Positions 44,833 through 46,054 of a stretch of 46,054 nucleotides of DNA are shown one piece after another. Origin of the DNA: Escherichia phage vB_EcoS_ACG-M12; the sequence record NC_019404.1; one strand, written 5' to 3'. Every line of letters begins with the position of its first letter. The stretch's first letter is position 1. Below the pieces are notes generated by a model that saw nothing but the letters and a program-made list of their open reading frames with translations, did not search any database and was not told where the DNA came from. The position numbers and the translations under genes are program-made.

Positions 44833-44975
44833 GCGCGCCTTTTGTATCGCCTTAAGCATAATCTCATGACTCTCAAGCAAGTCCTCGCGGAACCAGTCGC
44901 CGCAAGGCCAGCCCTTTCCGCTGTATGCGCTGATGACCTCGAGATCGAAATAATTTATCTCAGATGGTAGTAGCA

Positions 44976-45218
44976 TCATTTCACCTCATCAAAAGTTGCA
45001 ATCCCAGGAATAAACATTCCAACCTTCCAGCCTGCAATGGCAATCCATCCAGAATCGTGCTTGTGCGGTCGATCAGCGCCTTTAATTAACCACTCGTTCG
45101 GGATTGTCTTGCCGTTAATGATTAGAGGCTCAGCGTCGTATACAGAGCCTTTTACGAATGGTGTTAAGGCTTTCTTGTCAGTGCTATTGATAACGTTAGT
45201 GCAGATTATTTTAGTCAT
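44976..45218 (-). CDS. hypothetical protein (80 aa)
   Basis: ATG start; overlap-coupled. Confidence 0.4.
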   Translation of the reverse strand: MTKIICTNVINSTDKKALTPFVKGSVYDAEPLIINGKTIPNEWLIKGADRPHKHDSGWIAIAGWKVGMFIPGIATFDEVK

Positions 45219-45402
45219 TTACAACCTCGTACTCACCTTTATAAACAGCGACCTCTTCATTCACATTGTTGACAATCACTGCTAAACAAAGAGCACCCAA
45301 ATATTTTACCACTTCGTACTCGCAGCCAAGCGTCAGACCATAGTCCTCACATGAACGTCCACTGCAATCTAAATCTTCGAATTTAACTAACTTAATTTTC
45401 AT
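45211..45402 (-). CDS. hypothetical small Cys-containing protein (63 aa)
   Basis: ATG start; CSGRSC and GCEYE motifs. Confidence 0.4.
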   Translation of the reverse strand: MKIKLVKFEDLDCSGRSCEDYGLTLGCEYEVVKYLGALCLAVIVNNVNEEVAVYKGEYEVVND

Positions 45403-45412
45403 ATCTCAATCC

Positions 45413-45592
45413 TCAAATAAATGGCAAGCATTCGACGCAGCCAAGCCCATCACAGCACATGAATTCATCTTCTGACTGGAACTGCTTTGCTAAATCAATG
45501 TCTAGCCTTCCGCGCAACACAAGGTCGGTGTAATCTTCATTAAGCCCAATCAGTGCGCACTCGTTACGTAACTCATCTTTATTCTTTTTCAT
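45413..45592 (-). CDS. hypothetical small protein (59 aa) with CCDGLGCVEC motif
   Basis: ATGA overlap with the upstream gene; below the track cutoff. Confidence 0.3.
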   Translation of the reverse strand: MKKNKDELRNECALIGLNEDYTDLVLRGRLDIDLAKQFQSEDEFMCCDGLGCVECLPFI

Positions 45593-45756
45593 TTATCCTG
45601 GCCTTTTAAATTATGACGCTCTCTCAGAACTTCAACCCATTCTTGCGCGTCATTCTCTCTCATGAAGAAACTTAACTTTGGGTACTTGTGAAACCCTTTA
45701 AGTTCAACTATCCAATGGCCACCTTCGTAACTATAACTAACTTTCTTCTCTGTCAT
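45589..45756 (-). CDS. hypothetical small protein (55 aa)
   Basis: Open frame from ATG to the TGA that overlaps the next ATG; below the track cutoff. Confidence 0.3.
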   Translation of the reverse strand: MTEKKVSYSYEGGHWIVELKGFHKYPKLSFFMRENDAQEWVEVLRERHNLKGQDK

Positions 45757-45995
45757 TTTGTTACCTTTTGAGTTTTTTTTGTTATCGACATCTCTTCAAC
45801 GTACTCGCTACAACTCGGGATTTTACTCCCGGCCCGGCATCCTAACAAAAGGACCCGCTCGGCGCTTTGGTGGGTGAGGTAACGCTTCCTCACATTGCGC
45901 GGTATCATTTACCCTTTTTAGTCCCTTTCGGGAGTGACTCAGAGTCTGCTACCGTGTCGATGAAATGAAGTATACGCACATCGATTCAATATGTC

Positions 45996-46014
45996 TTTAG
46001 CAAAAAGTGCTATT
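45996..46014 (-). promoter_or_regulatory. dyad box, minus orientation (reverse complement AATAGCACTTTTTGCTAAA), at the head of the terminal minus operon
   Basis: Followed in the minus direction by about 240 nt of GC-rich structured leader before the first small gene. Confidence 0.4.
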
Positions 46015-46054
46015 TATCAGATTACCCAGAACCACTGGTATCATAAAGGCATTA

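Noticed and set aside
1-46054. CRISPR array, integrase or other lysogeny module
   Set aside because: No regularly spaced direct repeats of CRISPR type and no recombinase or CI-like repressor motifs were seen; the repeats present are promoter cassettes and GTTAC iterons

Overview
The window reads as most of the genome of a virulent siphophage with T1-like (Drexlerviridae-type) architecture; all family calls are from motif recognition and gene order only, with no database search. Order on the + strand: an operon of small early genes (528-3212); a tRNA-Arg(UCU)-like gene (3487-3561); terminase small and large subunits; portal; scaffold/protease-like protein; major capsid protein; head-tail joining genes; major tail protein; tail assembly chaperone pair with a -1 slippery site (A_AAA_AAC); tape measure; a lambda-like tail tip set (M, L, K, I, J homologues); a recombination module (PD-(D/E)XK exonuclease, Erf, SSB); SF2 helicase and VRR-NUC nuclease; a cluster of very small genes; a metallophosphatase, HAD phosphatase and dNMP-kinase-like pair; and a lysis cassette (holin, GH24 endolysin, unimolecular spanin-like lipoprotein). 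Minus-strand blocks: a Cor-like lipoprotein operon (24143-25679), a 940-aa tail fibre plus primase and HTH protein (29255-33650), and a DUF3987-like P-loop protein with small Cys-containing proteins (42251-45756). Three HNH endonuclease genes are interspersed. No CRISPR array, integrase or CI-type repressor was seen. The most distinctive signal is a conserved ~70-bp intergenic cassette present at least 18 times, always co-directional with the downstream gene: a dyad box AATAGCAC-N5-TG(C/T)TAAA, a TATAGTTAC-like -10 box about 21 bp downstream, and a CATCGAAACGAG-like leader. The box often overlaps the upstream stop codon and in three genes is translated as a shared C-terminal NSTN(S/C). Two AT-rich regions (1-527 and 25743-26225) carry GTTAC iterons, perfect palindromes and trinucleotide runs. 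The ORF track uses GTG/TTG as well as ATG starts; several starts below were moved to an in-frame ATG with a Shine-Dalgarno sequence.
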